From contig CAZOYS010000001.1 in assembly GCA_964584155.1 (NCBI GenBank), positions 23,953 through 87,952 of the forward strand: DNA of 64,000 bases, written 5' to 3'. Below, in pieces: positions 26,287 through 36,983 of the stretch. Both the position numbers and the translations under genes were made by a program. Under the pieces are notes generated by a model. It made no database searches, had not been told where the DNA came from, and saw only the letters and a list, made by a program, of their open reading frames with translations. This DNA is from an uncultured Lachnospiraceae bacterium (lineage in GTDB: Bacteria; Bacillota; Clostridia; Lachnospirales; Lachnospiraceae). The stretch's first letter is position 1. Each line of letters opens with the position of its first letter.

Positions 26287-27792
26287 GTGAAATATATATT
26301 AAGCGCCAAAGAGGCCGCCGAGGCCGACAGAAATACAAGCGATACTTTCCATGTCAGCCCGCTCATCCTAATGGAGCGGGCGGCCCTGTTTACAGCGGAA
26401 ACTGTCATGGACCGCTTCCCAGCCAAAAGTGCAAAAATTGTCGCCTGCTGCGGCAAGGGCAATAACGGGGGCGACGGCATAGCAGCCGCCCGGATCCTTT
26501 TCGAGAACGGCTGCCGGCAGGTGAAGATTTTCATGCCGCTCGGGGCCGAGGGCCTTTCAGGTAATGAGAAGGACCAGCTTGCCATAGCAAAGGCTTATGG
26601 TATCGATATTTCAGCCAATATCGATTGCCTTTCCAAAGCGGACATTATTCTCGATGCCCTGTTCGGGACCGGACTGTCCAGGGCTCCGGAAGGGGCGGCT
26701 GCGGATGCCATCGATGCCATGAATGCGTCTTCGGCCGAAATTGTGTCCATAGATAATCCGAGCGGTATAGACGCTTCCACAGGAGAAGTCCTTTCGAAGG
26801 CCGTACATGCAGACATTACGACGACCTACTCCTTCCTGAAAAAGGGCCATGTCCTCTATCCCGGACGGGAATATGCCGGGGAGGTCCTCTGCAAAAATAT
26901 CGGTATTACGGAAAACTCTTTTACCGGGCTCCATCCGGAATGCTTCTGCCTGGAAGACAGTGATATCCGCCGCCTGCTGCCGGTCCGGAAAAGGGATTCC
27001 CACAAGGGGACTTACGGACGGGTCCTTGTCGCTGCCGGCTCTCCAGGAATGGCCGGAGCAAGTCTGTTTGCTGCGCGGGCAGCCTTCCTGGCCGGGGCCG
27101 GTCTTGTGGACATATTGACAGCGGAAGAGAACCGTGTCATAGTTCAGGAATCGCTGCCGGAGGCTGTTCTTCATACCTATTCCGGGAAATGTCCGGACAG
27201 TCTCATCAAAGAGTGCTGTGACAGGGCGGACTGCATTGTCATCGGTCCGGGTCTCGGTACGGAAAAGAACGCCGTAAGCCTCTTTCAGACCGTATTTGAG
27301 ACGGCTTCCGTTCCCATGGTCATAGATGCGGACGGGCTCAATATCCTCTCTGAGAATATCAGCCTCCTGCAGAGGCCCCATACGTCTCTCGTGCTGACAC
27401 CGCACCCGGGTGAGCTTTCCCGCCTGCTTTCCGAGCCCTATGAACTGATCCGGCCAAGAATCTTCTCCGCCTGCGGGGACTTCTCCCGGACCAACCAGGT
27501 GACGCTCGTGGCGAAGGGGGCATCTACCCTGATTTTCGAGCCCTTCCGGGAGACCTGTATCAATACGACCGGAGATGACAGTCTTTCGACAGCCGGTTCC
27601 GGTGATATCCTTGCCGGACTTACCGGCGGCCTCATCGCCACGGGCATGAAGGCTCCGGATGCGGCCCGGGCTGCCGCGTACCTGCACGGAAAGGCCGGAG
27701 AAACGGCCGGACAAAAGACGGGAAAAAGATCCTGCATGGCGGGAGATATTCTTTCTGCCCTGCCTGACGTTTTTATGGAGGTAAGTAAATAA
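26287..27792 (+). CDS. nnr: Bifunctional NAD(P)H-hydrate repair enzyme Nnr (epimerase plus ADP-dependent dehydratase)
   Basis: N-terminal YjeF_N-like domain (GKGNNGGDG) and a C-terminal carbohydrate kinase domain (GPGLG, GSGDILAG). Confidence 0.9.
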   Translation: MKYILSAKEAAEADRNTSDTFHVSPLILMERAALFTAETVMDRFPAKSAKIVACCGKGNNGGDGIAAARILFENGCRQVKIFMPLGAEGLSGNEKDQLAIAKAYGIDISANIDCLSKADIILDALFGTGLSRAPEGAAADAIDAMNASSAEIVSIDNPSGIDASTGEVLSKAVHADITTTYSFLKKGHVLYPGREYAGEVLCKNIGITENSFTGLHPECFCLEDSDIRRLLPVRKRDSHKGTYGRVLVAAGSPGMAGASLFAARAAFLAGAGLVDILTAEENRVIVQESLPEAVLHTYSGKCPDSLIKECCDRADCIVIGPGLGTEKNAVSLFQTVFETASVPMVIDADGLNILSENISLLQRPHTSLVLTPHPGELSRLLSEPYELIRPRIFSACGDFSRTNQVTLVAKGASTLIFEPFRETCINTTGDDSLSTAGSGDILAGLTGGLIATGMKAPDAARAAAYLHGKAGETAGQKTGKRSCMAGDILSALPDVFMEVSK

Positions 27793-28949
27793 TGGACCAC
27801 AACAGGGTTCATGCGGAAATCAATCTCGATGCAATCATAAATAATATGGAGCGCATGAGGGAGAACGTCCCGGAAGGAGGCTTAATTGCCGCCGTTCTGA
27901 AGACGGATGCCTACGGCCATGGCGTCGTTCCCATCGCAAAGACGGTCTGCGCCCTTTCTTATGTCTGGGGCTGCTGTGTGGCTACGGCCGATGAGGCCGT
28001 CGACCTTCGGGAAGCGGGCATTGATAAGCCCATTCTCGTTCTCGGCTACACATTTCCGGACTCCTATCCGGACATGGTGAAGTACGATGTCCGGCCGGCC
28101 GTTCTTTCACGGGACATGGCAGAGGCTTTCTCTGAGGAAGCCGTTTCACAGGGGAAGAAAGCCTACTGCCATATTGCCATCGATACCGGCATGGGACGGA
28201 TCGGCTTTCCCGTCACGGATGCCGCTGCCGATGAAATTGCCTCCTACTTCGACCTTCCCGGGCTCGTTCCTGAGGGTATTTTCACCCACTTTGCGAAGGC
28301 GGACGAGAAAGACCGGACAGCGACAGACGAGCAGTTCCGGCGCTTCACGGACATGATCGGAAAGCTGGAAGAGCGGGGAGTCCATTTTGCCATCCGCCAC
28401 TGCGACAATTCAGCCGGCATCATCCGCTTCCCCGAGGACGGTCTTGACATGATGCGGGCAGGAATTACCATGTACGGCCTCTGGCCGTCAGACGATGTCG
28501 ACCACAGTTTTCCCCTGCAGGCAGCTCTTTCCCTCTACAGTCAGGTTGCCTTTGTGAAGACCGTGCCGGCCGGCACCCCTATAAGCTACGGTGGAACATT
28601 CGTGACGAAGCGGGAGTCCGTCATTGCCACGATTCCTGTAGGCTACGGGGACGGCTATGCGAGAAGCCTTTCCAATAAGGGAGATGTCCTCATCCACGGG
28701 AAAAGGGTTCCGATTGTCGGCCGGGTCTGCATGGACCAGATCATGGTCGATGTGACGGAGCTTCGGGAAGTCCATGTCGGAGACAAAGTGACCCTGATCG
28801 GGACGGACGGAGATGAGCGCATCAGTCTTGAGGAACTCGGAGATAAATCCGGCCGCTTCAACTATGAATTCGCCTGCTGCCTCGGGAACCGGATTCCCCG
28901 GCTCTACTATAAAGGCGGAAAGCTCGTGGATACGGTCGAATATCTGTAG
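27792..28949 (+). CDS. alr: Alanine racemase
   Basis: VLKTDAYGHG (PLP lysine motif) and a conserved C-terminal beta domain (VCMDQIMVDV). It overlaps the nnr stop by 1 nt (TAATG). Confidence 0.95.
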   Translation: MDHNRVHAEINLDAIINNMERMRENVPEGGLIAAVLKTDAYGHGVVPIAKTVCALSYVWGCCVATADEAVDLREAGIDKPILVLGYTFPDSYPDMVKYDVRPAVLSRDMAEAFSEEAVSQGKKAYCHIAIDTGMGRIGFPVTDAAADEIASYFDLPGLVPEGIFTHFAKADEKDRTATDEQFRRFTDMIGKLEERGVHFAIRHCDNSAGIIRFPEDGLDMMRAGITMYGLWPSDDVDHSFPLQAALSLYSQVAFVKTVPAGTPISYGGTFVTKRESVIATIPVGYGDGYARSLSNKGDVLIHGKRVPIVGRVCMDQIMVDVTELREVHVGDKVTLIGTDGDERISLEELGDKSGRFNYEFACCLGNRIPRLYYKGGKLVDTVEYL

Positions 28950-29010
28950 CAGCAGTTCTCAGCGAAAGAAAGTTTTATTACATTATTCATAAGGAGAGTG
29001 ACAAAAAAGA

Positions 29011-30330
29011 ATGGACGACCCAAGTCGATTGTGGATTATCCTGTATCTCGTTTCATTAATTGCCGAACTCATTACGTCGGCCTTTGTATTCGCCCAGCGG
29101 GAGCAGACCCAGAGCGATATAGAGGAATTTGAAAAGACGAGGCCCCACTACCATAAGGCGGCCATGAATTACTTAAATCATCCGGGCCGTCTCATCAAGG
29201 CCTACGGGGGCGTGTCCACGGGACTTTTCCCCCTGGCCGGCATTTCCCTCTATTTCATCGGGAGAAACGCCTTTGCCGGAAGCCGTTTTGAAGTCCTTTT
29301 CACGGTCCTTCTGATGGCAGGCTTTCTCATGCTGTTTACGGCTGTGGCCGTGATCACCCCCTACTATGTGGGCGGGAAGAAGCATGAGAGTACGGCACCC
29401 GGCTTTTTCATCCCCTTTCGGATCATAGAAGTTCTCTTCATTGTCCTGATTGAGGTTATCAACCTTCTGGCCCTTGTCTTTTCAGCTGTTTTCGGTGTCG
29501 ATATCCGGGAAGACTCGGAAGATGTGACGGAAGAGGACGTACTTTCCATGGTCCAGGTGGGCCACGAAAAAGGTGTCTTTCTGGGCTCTGAAGCCGAGAT
29601 GATCCAGAACATCTTCGAGTTCGACGACAAGGATGCCAAGGACATCATGGTCCACAGGAATGATATCGACGCCCTGGACGGGGAAACCAGTCTGAAAGAT
29701 GCCATCAAATTCATGGTGGATACCCGCTATTCCAGAATTCCTGTCTATGTCGGGGATCTCGACAATATCATCGGCATTCTCCATATCAAGGACGTTCTGG
29801 CCTTTTCGGGGGATGAAAAAAATCTTTCAAAAAAGATCCGGGATATCGACAGTCTTCTTCAGAAGGCAGAATCCGTGCCGGAGACCCACGGCATCAATAC
29901 TCTGTTTACTCAGATGCAGTTCGACAAGACCCATATGGTCATCGTCACGGATGAATACGGGCAGACGTCCGGTCTCATTTCCATGGAGGACATTCTCGAA
30001 GAGATCGTCGGCAACATTCAGGATGAGCATGACGATGAAGAGGAGCAGCTCGTAAGGCTTAATGAAAAGGTCTTTGCCATGGAGGGCATGACTCCCCTTG
30101 AAGAAGTTGGAGAGACCCTGGACCTGGACTTTTCGGACTGCGACTTCGAGACCCTGAACGGCTTCCTCATCAATGAACTGGGCCGGATTCCCGAAGACCA
30201 CGCCACGTTTGACATCAATGCCCGGGGCTATATATTTCACGTCTGCGGCGTGAAGGAAGGGGTCATAGGCAAGGTGAAGGTCCGCCGGGAGGATGGAGGA
30301 ACCATAGGAATCGGTGCTTCCGAAGACTGA
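29011..30330 (+). CDS. Hemolysin/CNNM family protein (DUF21 TM domain, CBS pair and CorC_HlyC domain)
   Basis: TM-rich N-terminus, a CBS-pair region (IMVHRNDI...RIPVY), and a C-terminal transporter-associated domain. Confidence 0.85.
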   Translation: MDDPSRLWIILYLVSLIAELITSAFVFAQREQTQSDIEEFEKTRPHYHKAAMNYLNHPGRLIKAYGGVSTGLFPLAGISLYFIGRNAFAGSRFEVLFTVLLMAGFLMLFTAVAVITPYYVGGKKHESTAPGFFIPFRIIEVLFIVLIEVINLLALVFSAVFGVDIREDSEDVTEEDVLSMVQVGHEKGVFLGSEAEMIQNIFEFDDKDAKDIMVHRNDIDALDGETSLKDAIKFMVDTRYSRIPVYVGDLDNIIGILHIKDVLAFSGDEKNLSKKIRDIDSLLQKAESVPETHGINTLFTQMQFDKTHMVIVTDEYGQTSGLISMEDILEEIVGNIQDEHDDEEEQLVRLNEKVFAMEGMTPLEEVGETLDLDFSDCDFETLNGFLINELGRIPEDHATFDINARGYIFHVCGVKEGVIGKVKVRREDGGTIGIGASED

Positions 30331-30410
30331 CGGGATATCTGCAGAATAGTTGCGCAGAAGGATTGAAATTTCTCTGGAAATCCCCGGACCGGAACAGCCT
30401 GTTTCCTGCC

Positions 30411-30439
30411 TTGAATTCATGCATTTGAAATGCTAAAAT
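30411..30439 (+). promoter_or_regulatory. Promoter TTGAAT-17 nt-TAAAAT with extended -10 TGc
   Basis: TTGAAT at 30411-30416, TGC at 30431-30433, and TAAAAT at 30434-30439. Confidence 0.6.
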
Positions 30440-30479
30440 TTTACAGAACTATTTTTTAGAAAGAGAGTTTTTTAAAGCA

Positions 30480-31223
30480 ATGTCAGGACATTCGAAATTC
30501 GCAAACATCAAGCACAAGAAGGAAAAGAACGACGCTGCCAAGGGCAAGGTCTTTACAATGATGGGCCGTCTCATCGCCGTAGCCGTCAAGGAAGGCGGGC
30601 CCGATCCGGACAACAATTCAAAGCTTCGTGAAGTCATCCTCAAGGCAAAAGCAGCCAATATGCCGAACGATACCATTGAGCGCGGCATCAAGAAGGCGGC
30701 CGGGGACCTCGGATCTGTCAATTATGAAACCGTCACCTACGAAGGGTACGGTCCTTCGGGTACCGCAATCATTGTCAAGGCCCTGACGGACAACAAGAAC
30801 CGTACCGCTGCCAATGTCCGGAACGCTTTTTCCAAGGGCCACGGCAATATCGGAACCCAGGGCTGCGTTTCCTATATGTTTGATGAGAAGGGCCAGATCA
30901 TCGTGGCGAAGGAAGACTACGAGACCGACCCGGACGAATTCATGATGACCGCCATTGACTGTGGGGCAGCGGACTTCTCTGAAGAGGAGGACTCCTATGT
31001 GATTACCACCGACCCGGCCGATTTTGAGACGGTCCGTTCCGCTCTCGAGGAGAAGGGCATTCCCATGGCGGAAGCCGAAGTCACCATGATTCCCCAGAAC
31101 TACGTGACACTCGACAGCCCCGAGGACATTGCCAATATCCGCCGGATTCTTGACTTCCTCGACGAGGATGACGACGTTCAGGACGTCTACAACAACTGGG
31201 ACGAGCCGGACGACGAAGAGTAA
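30480..31223 (+). CDS. yebC: YebC/PmpR family DNA-binding transcriptional regulator
   Basis: MSGHSKFANIKHKK N-terminus and a family-typical length of 247 aa. Confidence 0.95.
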   Translation: MSGHSKFANIKHKKEKNDAAKGKVFTMMGRLIAVAVKEGGPDPDNNSKLREVILKAKAANMPNDTIERGIKKAAGDLGSVNYETVTYEGYGPSGTAIIVKALTDNKNRTAANVRNAFSKGHGNIGTQGCVSYMFDEKGQIIVAKEDYETDPDEFMMTAIDCGAADFSEEEDSYVITTDPADFETVRSALEEKGIPMAEAEVTMIPQNYVTLDSPEDIANIRRILDFLDEDDDVQDVYNNWDEPDDEE

Positions 31224-31319
31224 GTTTTTCATTATTCATTTTTCGAAGTAGCAGAAGAGATAGGGATAGTTTTCGCGGTAGGCCGATTTTTTGAACCTTT
31301 CAGAAAGGACAAAGGGGTC

Positions 31320-32771
31320 ATGAAGAAGATTCTGTTTGCTGCCAGTGAGTGCGTTCCATTCGTGAAGACCGGGGGGCTGGCCGATGTGGTCGGGGCCCTG
31401 CCCAAGGAGTTTGACAAGAGCGAGTGGGATATCCGGGTCGTTCTCCCGAACTATACCTGCATACCTCCCTATTTCCGGGACAATTTTCACGACGTCTGCC
31501 ACTTCAATATGGCCTGCGGTCCCTATATCGGGGAGAAGTACGTCGGAGTCAAGGAGTATGAATGGGAGGGCATCACCTACTACTTCATTGACAATCTGGA
31601 ATACTTCGAGTGCTTCTATCCCTATTCCGATACCCGTTACGACATGGAGAAGTTCACCTTCTTCGACAAGGCGGTTCTCTCCATGCTGCCGGTCATCGAC
31701 TTCAAGCCGGATCTGATTCACTGCCACGACTGGCAGACCGGACTGATTCCCGTCTATCTGAAGAATGAATTCCAGGGGAATCCCTTCTTCTGGGGCATGA
31801 AGTCCATGATGACGATTCACAACCTGAAGTTCCAGGGCATCTGGGACATCAAGACCCTGCAGGGCCTTTCGGGCCTGTCTCCCGATCTTTTCACCCCGGA
31901 CAAGCTGGAGTTCAACAAGGCCGGCAATATGCTCAAGGGCGGCCTCGTCTATGCGGACTACATCACGACCGTATCCGAGTCCTACGCCGATGAGATTCAG
32001 ACCCCTTATTACGGGGAAGGTCTGGATGGGCTGCTTTCCTCCCGCCACTTCGACATGAAGGGCATTGTGAACGGCATCGACTATGTCTCCTACAATCCCG
32101 CCACGGACGAGAAGCTCTACAGGAACTACGACGTTTCGAACTTCCGCAAGTACAAGAAGGTGAACAAGGAACGCCTGCAGGAGGACATGGACCTGACCGT
32201 GGATACGGGCAAGTACATGATCGGTCTGGTATCCCGCCTTACCGACCAGAAGGGTCTCGACCTCATCAATTACTGCATGGAGGGCATTGTCGACGAAAAT
32301 ACCCAGCTCGTCGTCATCGGAACCGGCGAGAGCCGCTACGAGAACATGTTCCGCCACTATGCCTGGAAGTATCCGGACCGGGTTTCCGCCAATATCTGCT
32401 ATTCGGACGACCTGGCCAGAAAACTCTACGGGGCAGCGGACGCCTTCCTCATGCCCAGCCGTTTCGAGCCCTGCGGCCTGACCCAACTCATTTCCTTCCG
32501 TTATGGCACCGTACCCATCGTCCGGGAAACCGGCGGTCTCAAGGATACCGTCGAGGCCTTCAACGAGTATGAACACACTGGAGATGGCTTCTCCTTCCGG
32601 AACTACAACGGAGATGAGCTCCTGAACACCGTGAACTACTCCAAGTACATCTACTTCACAAAGAAAGTCCAGTGGAACAAGATGGTGGAGCGGGGCATGA
32701 AGAAGGATTATTCCTGGGCCAACTCCAAGGGAAGCTATGAAGAACTCTACAACTACCTGATCGGGGCCTGA
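31320..32771 (+). CDS. glgA: Glycogen synthase (ADP-glucose type)
   Basis: The KTGGLADVVGALP motif lies near the N-terminus and PSRFEPCGL is the GT5 motif. Confidence 0.95.
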   Translation: MKKILFAASECVPFVKTGGLADVVGALPKEFDKSEWDIRVVLPNYTCIPPYFRDNFHDVCHFNMACGPYIGEKYVGVKEYEWEGITYYFIDNLEYFECFYPYSDTRYDMEKFTFFDKAVLSMLPVIDFKPDLIHCHDWQTGLIPVYLKNEFQGNPFFWGMKSMMTIHNLKFQGIWDIKTLQGLSGLSPDLFTPDKLEFNKAGNMLKGGLVYADYITTVSESYADEIQTPYYGEGLDGLLSSRHFDMKGIVNGIDYVSYNPATDEKLYRNYDVSNFRKYKKVNKERLQEDMDLTVDTGKYMIGLVSRLTDQKGLDLINYCMEGIVDENTQLVVIGTGESRYENMFRHYAWKYPDRVSANICYSDDLARKLYGAADAFLMPSRFEPCGLTQLISFRYGTVPIVRETGGLKDTVEAFNEYEHTGDGFSFRNYNGDELLNTVNYSKYIYFTKKVQWNKMVERGMKKDYSWANSKGSYEELYNYLIGA

Positions 32772-32861
32772 ATATGGGCTCTCCGGTCGAAACAGAATAT
32801 TGAAACTTTGAGGGGAGCCGTGGACCGGTTTTTGGTTCACGGCGCCTGTTGCTGTATATAG

Positions 32862-35723
32862 ATGCCGAAACAAAGCGAAGAAAAAAAGAAAAATAATACA
32901 GGAAAGGGAAGCCCGAAAAGCAGAAATAATGCTTCTTCCCGTAAAAATACAGGTGCTTCCCGACCGCAGAAAGCATCTGCAGGGAAGAAGAAAACGGCAG
33001 AAAGGGAAAAGACTTCCGATGAAAGCCGGGAATCCCTGACACTTGACCTCGTCGTCCTCGTTTCCCTGACTCTTTCCGTCCTTCTTTTTATCGGAGAAGT
33101 CGGCGGCGGGGGAGTGGTTCTTGATATGGTGAGCCGTTTTACATTCGGCCTTTTCGGCCTGATGGCGTATACCCTGCCGTTTGTCCTTTTTCTCGGAACC
33201 CTGCTTACTCTTGCCAACAGGGAAAGTCCGTCTTTTAAGGTCCGGACAATTTCCCTGGCCGTCTTTTTCATCTTTCTGATGGCTCTTCTTGAACTTCTGA
33301 AGACGGATGGTCTGGACAGTGGAATTTCTTCCTATCTTTCCTCCTATCAGGAGAAAAACGGGGGCGGCCTTCTCGGCGGTCTGATTGCCGGGGCATTATA
33401 TAAGGGCTTCGGCACCATAGCATCCTATTTTATAGTAATCATCGGCCTCATCGTAAGTCTACTTTTCTTCTTCGGAAAATCCATGATCCGGAGGGCAGAA
33501 CACAAGGGCCGGAACCTTAAAAAGCGGCGGGAGCTTTCCGCTGCCGAAAGGGAAAAGCGCAGGGAACTTGAAGCGGAGCGGCAGGAACGCATGCGGCCCG
33601 TCGAAACGGACCGGAGGCCGGAAAGGCCGGGCCGGGGCGTGTCCTTAGATACTGCCCTCGTGCCGGAGGACAGCAGGGCTTCTTCCGATGAGATGAGCGA
33701 GCTTACTTCTGACTCGCTTGCTGATAAGACCGCAGATTTGCCCGTACCAGAATCAAATATTAGCAACAGGACTTCTGCCCCTGAAGCGGTTTCCTCTGTC
33801 GCAGCAGAAAGTGCTCCGGATTCCGCAGAGGCTGATTATCAGACAGCAGAGCCCCTGTCTGCCGAAGAAAGGTCCTATATCTTCGGGGCCGGGAACGGAA
33901 ATGCGGCCTCAGGTGACATTGACGGAATTGACAATCCTGCAGACAGCCTTTTCTTCCCCCCGGAGGAGATGCCGGTCATCGAAAATGCCTCTTCCGGTTC
34001 TGCCCCGGCTGAAGATAATGAAAGGGCTGACATTTCAGCGGTGACGGTTGAAGAAACGGAAATTCTGCCTGCTGCGGAAAAGGAAACGGTGCCTGAGATT
34101 ACGGAAAAAGCTGCTGCTGCAAAAGCTGAAATTTCTGCAGCAATCTCAGAAGAGCCGGCTAAGGAAACTTCCGAAAAGAGTCCGGAGGCTGTTCTGAAAA
34201 AGACATATGTCCTTCCGGATACAGACCTTCTGAATGTCTCGAAGGACAAAAACGGCAAGGATTCGGCCGCTGCCATAAACAAGATGGCGGAAAAACTGCA
34301 GACGACCCTTTCGAATTTCGGGGTCAATGCGAAGGTTACGAATTACATGCAGGGACCGGCTGTCACCCGCTTTGAAATAGAGCCGGAGACCGGGGTTAAG
34401 GTTTCAAAAATTCTGAACCTTTCGGATGACATCAAGCTGAACCTGGCCGTGCCGGACATCCGTATGGAGGCTCCCATTCCGGGGAAAGCAGCCATCGGCA
34501 TAGAAGTTCCCAATAAACAGGCCCAGACCGTCACCTTCCGGGAACTCATGGAGTCAAAAGAGTTTCAGTCCAATAAGTCGAAGATAGCCTTCGCGGCCGG
34601 CCGGGACATTGCCGGGAATATCGTAATCTCTGATATTTCAAAGATGCCCCACCTTCTCATTGCAGGTGCCACCGGTTCCGGCAAATCCGTCTGTATCAAT
34701 ACCATCATCATGTCCATCCTCTACAAGGCCACGCCCGATGAGGTCCGCTTCATCATGATTGATCCGAAGATTGTGGAGCTGTCCGTATATAACGGCATTC
34801 CCCACCTTCTGGTGCCAGTCGTGACGGATCCCAAGAAGGCGGCCGGAGCCCTGCAGTGGGCTGTGACGGAGATGACAACCCGCTACAAGCGTTTTGCCGA
34901 TGCGGCCGTCCGGGACATGAAGGCTTATAATGCCAAAGTAAAGACCGGGGAAATCGTGGAGGACGGGAAACCGGTGACGGAGCCTATGCCCCAGATCGTC
35001 GTCATCGTTGACGAGCTGGCCGACCTCATGATGGTGGCCGGCAAGGAAGTGGAAGCTTCCATCTGCCGCCTGGCCCAGCTGGCCCGGGCAGCGGGCATCC
35101 ACCTCATCATAGCGACCCAGCGGCCTTCGGCTGACGTCATCACCGGCCTCATCAAGGCCAATATGCCATCGAGAATTGCCTTTGCCGTGACAAGCGGCAT
35201 CGATTCCCGGGTCGTCCTCGATATGAGCGGGGCGGAAAAGCTTCTCGGGAAGGGCGATATGCTCTACTTCCCCCAGGGCATGTCAAAGCCCCTTCGGGTT
35301 CAGGGAGCTTTCGTTTCCGATGACGAGGTGGGCAGGGTCTGTGACTTTATCCGGACGGAAAACGCCCAGGCCGTGGAAACAGCCCTTTCCCGCCAGGAGG
35401 AGACCCAGAGTGCAATAGAAAGCCATGAAGAGGCCCTTTCCGCGGATACGACAGCCATTGACGGCAACGGCCGGGGGACCGTAGATGACGGCAGGGATGA
35501 ATTCTTCCCGGACGCAGGGAAACTGGCCTGCGAGAAGGGAAAAATTTCCATCGGCATGATGCAGCGGGCCTTCCGGATTGGCTTCAACAGGGCTGCCCGG
35601 ATCATGGACCAGCTGGATGAGGCCGGAGTCGTGGGACCGGACCTGGGGACAAAACCCCGGACTGTCCTTATGAAGCCTGAGGAATTCCAGGCCTATCTGG
35701 ACAGTGAAGGCGGCGAGTCCTGA
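32862..35723 (+). CDS. ftsK: DNA translocase FtsK/SpoIIIE
   Basis: N-terminal TM segments, a long low-complexity linker, a motor domain with Walker A GATGSGKS, and a C-terminal gamma winged-helix ([21 protein letters not shown]). Confidence 0.95.
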   Translation: MPKQSEEKKKNNTGKGSPKSRNNASSRKNTGASRPQKASAGKKKTAEREKTSDESRESLTLDLVVLVSLTLSVLLFIGEVGGGGVVLDMVSRFTFGLFGLMAYTLPFVLFLGTLLTLANRESPSFKVRTISLAVFFIFLMALLELLKTDGLDSGISSYLSSYQEKNGGGLLGGLIAGALYKGFGTIASYFIVIIGLIVSLLFFFGKSMIRRAEHKGRNLKKRRELSAAEREKRRELEAERQERMRPVETDRRPERPGRGVSLDTALVPEDSRASSDEMSELTSDSLADKTADLPVPESNISNRTSAPEAVSSVAAESAPDSAEADYQTAEPLSAEERSYIFGAGNGNAASGDIDGIDNPADSLFFPPEEMPVIENASSGSAPAEDNERADISAVTVEETEILPAAEKETVPEITEKAAAAKAEISAAISEEPAKETSEKSPEAVLKKTYVLPDTDLLNVSKDKNGKDSAAAINKMAEKLQTTLSNFGVNAKVTNYMQGPAVTRFEIEPETGVKVSKILNLSDDIKLNLAVPDIRMEAPIPGKAAIGIEVPNKQAQTVTFRELMESKEFQSNKSKIAFAAGRDIAGNIVISDISKMPHLLIAGATGSGKSVCINTIIMSILYKATPDEVRFIMIDPKIVELSVYNGIPHLLVPVVTDPKKAAGALQWAVTEMTTRYKRFADAAVRDMKAYNAKVKTGEIVEDGKPVTEPMPQIVVIVDELADLMMVAGKEVEASICRLAQLARAAGIHLIIATQRPSADVITGLIKANMPSRIAFAVTSGIDSRVVLDMSGAEKLLGKGDMLYFPQGMSKPLRVQGAFVSDDEVGRVCDFIRTENAQAVETALSRQEETQSAIESHEEALSADTTAIDGNGRGTVDDGRDEFFPDAGKLACEKGKISIGMMQRAFRIGFNRAARIMDQLDEAGVVGPDLGTKPRTVLMKPEEFQAYLDSEGGES

Positions 35724-35783
35724 CCTGTTTTTATTACATTATTCTTGTGACTGTTCATACGGATCTGATTTTCTGGAGAGCCT

Positions 35784-36977
35784 ATGAAGTGTAAGTACTG
35801 CGGAAACGAAATGCCGGAAGGGGCCATCTACTGCGAGCGCTGCGGCAAGCCCTTGCAGATGGTGCCCGACTACAACGCCTTTGACGACGAGGTCCTGCCG
35901 TCCCTTGTTTCCGACGGGGCGGATAGGAAGAAGAAAAAGGAAAACGAAAAGGACAGGGTGTCTTCCCCTGCAGCCGGAAAGGAGGACGCCGGGAAGGAGC
36001 CTTCCGGAGCAAAGACTCAGGCTCCTGTAAAAGCCGTCCGAAAGCGCACGATGGTATTTTCCTGCATTGCAATAGCTCTTCTTGCCCTGATTCTCTTTGT
36101 CACATACTACGTAAACACGCCGGGCTATCAGACGGGGGCGGGGGACAAGGCTTATGCGGCAAAAGATTATTCCGGGGCTTTAACCCATTACATGAATGCC
36201 CTTTCTTCCCATGATACGGATGCAGCCCTCCTGGCCTCTGCCGGGGACTGCTGTGTGAAACTGGGAAAGACGGATGAAGCGGAGAAGTATTATCGCAATG
36301 CCCTGCAGTACGATGAAAAAAACGAGCGGGCCTTCACCGGCCTCTGCGCCCTGTATGCGGCAGCAGAAAACTATGACGGCCTATCCGCCCTTAAAGACTC
36401 GGCAGTGACGGAAGCCCAGCAGAAGGCCATTGACGGCGCTTATATTTCAGAAGTCTCTTTTTCTGAAGAAGAGGGCGAATACGACGATGACCTTTCCGTC
36501 AGCCTTTCTTCTCCTGAAGGATACTCCATCTACTATACTCTGGACGGCTCTGAGCCTACGCCGGAAAGCGGTACTCTCTATAAAGGCGAGCCGATTGCCC
36601 TGGGCGAAGGGGAGACTGTTCTCTCCGCCAGAGCCGTGACGGAGGCCGGCAGCCGTGGGCCGGTTACGGCAAAAAAATATACAGTGACTTATGCAGCTCC
36701 GGATTATGCCACCGTGACTCCTGACGGGGGGACATTTTATGCCCCGACCCAGGTCATGATCCGTTATCCGGCCGACGCAAAAGCAGTCATTTACTATACC
36801 TGGGACGGGACCAATCCGACGGCAGCCTCATCCCGCTACACCGGCCCCATGGAGATTCCGGAAGGAAACAATGTGCTTTCCGTTATCGTCATTGACCGGC
36901 ACGGGCTTTCCAGTCCCGTATACAGGGGAAATTTCGTCTACCTTCCGGACGGTCTGGCAAGTGTTCCCGAGGAGTGA
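35784..36977 (+). CDS. Zinc-ribbon / single-TM / TPR-repeat protein with a C-terminal Ig-like (chitobiase C-terminal/FN3-associated type) region
   Basis: CxxC...CxxC at the N-terminus, one hydrophobic helix, TPR-like repeats, and repeated YYTLDGSEPT / YYTWDGTNPT motifs. Confidence 0.65.
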   Translation: MKCKYCGNEMPEGAIYCERCGKPLQMVPDYNAFDDEVLPSLVSDGADRKKKKENEKDRVSSPAAGKEDAGKEPSGAKTQAPVKAVRKRTMVFSCIAIALLALILFVTYYVNTPGYQTGAGDKAYAAKDYSGALTHYMNALSSHDTDAALLASAGDCCVKLGKTDEAEKYYRNALQYDEKNERAFTGLCALYAAAENYDGLSALKDSAVTEAQQKAIDGAYISEVSFSEEEGEYDDDLSVSLSSPEGYSIYYTLDGSEPTPESGTLYKGEPIALGEGETVLSARAVTEAGSRGPVTAKKYTVTYAAPDYATVTPDGGTFYAPTQVMIRYPADAKAVIYYTWDGTNPTAASSRYTGPMEIPEGNNVLSVIVIDRHGLSSPVYRGNFVYLPDGLASVPEE

Positions 36978-36983
36978 AACACG

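Noticed and set aside
31236-32873. A 545-aa ORF on the minus strand spanning all of glgA. Similar long antisense ORFs occur at 16473-17513, 18975-20000, 26611-27714, 38461-39438, 57554-58714, 7386-8264, 9363-10217, 24907-25782, 47917-48798, 20736-21560, 21376-22281, 46945-47685, 62033-62854 and 1095-1952.
   Set aside because: Each lies exactly antisense to a gene with unmistakable conserved motifs. Their translations are low-complexity (rich in G/V/L/R/H) with no recognisable motifs, SD sequences or promoters. This is the usual shadow-ORF effect of GC-rich third codon positions.
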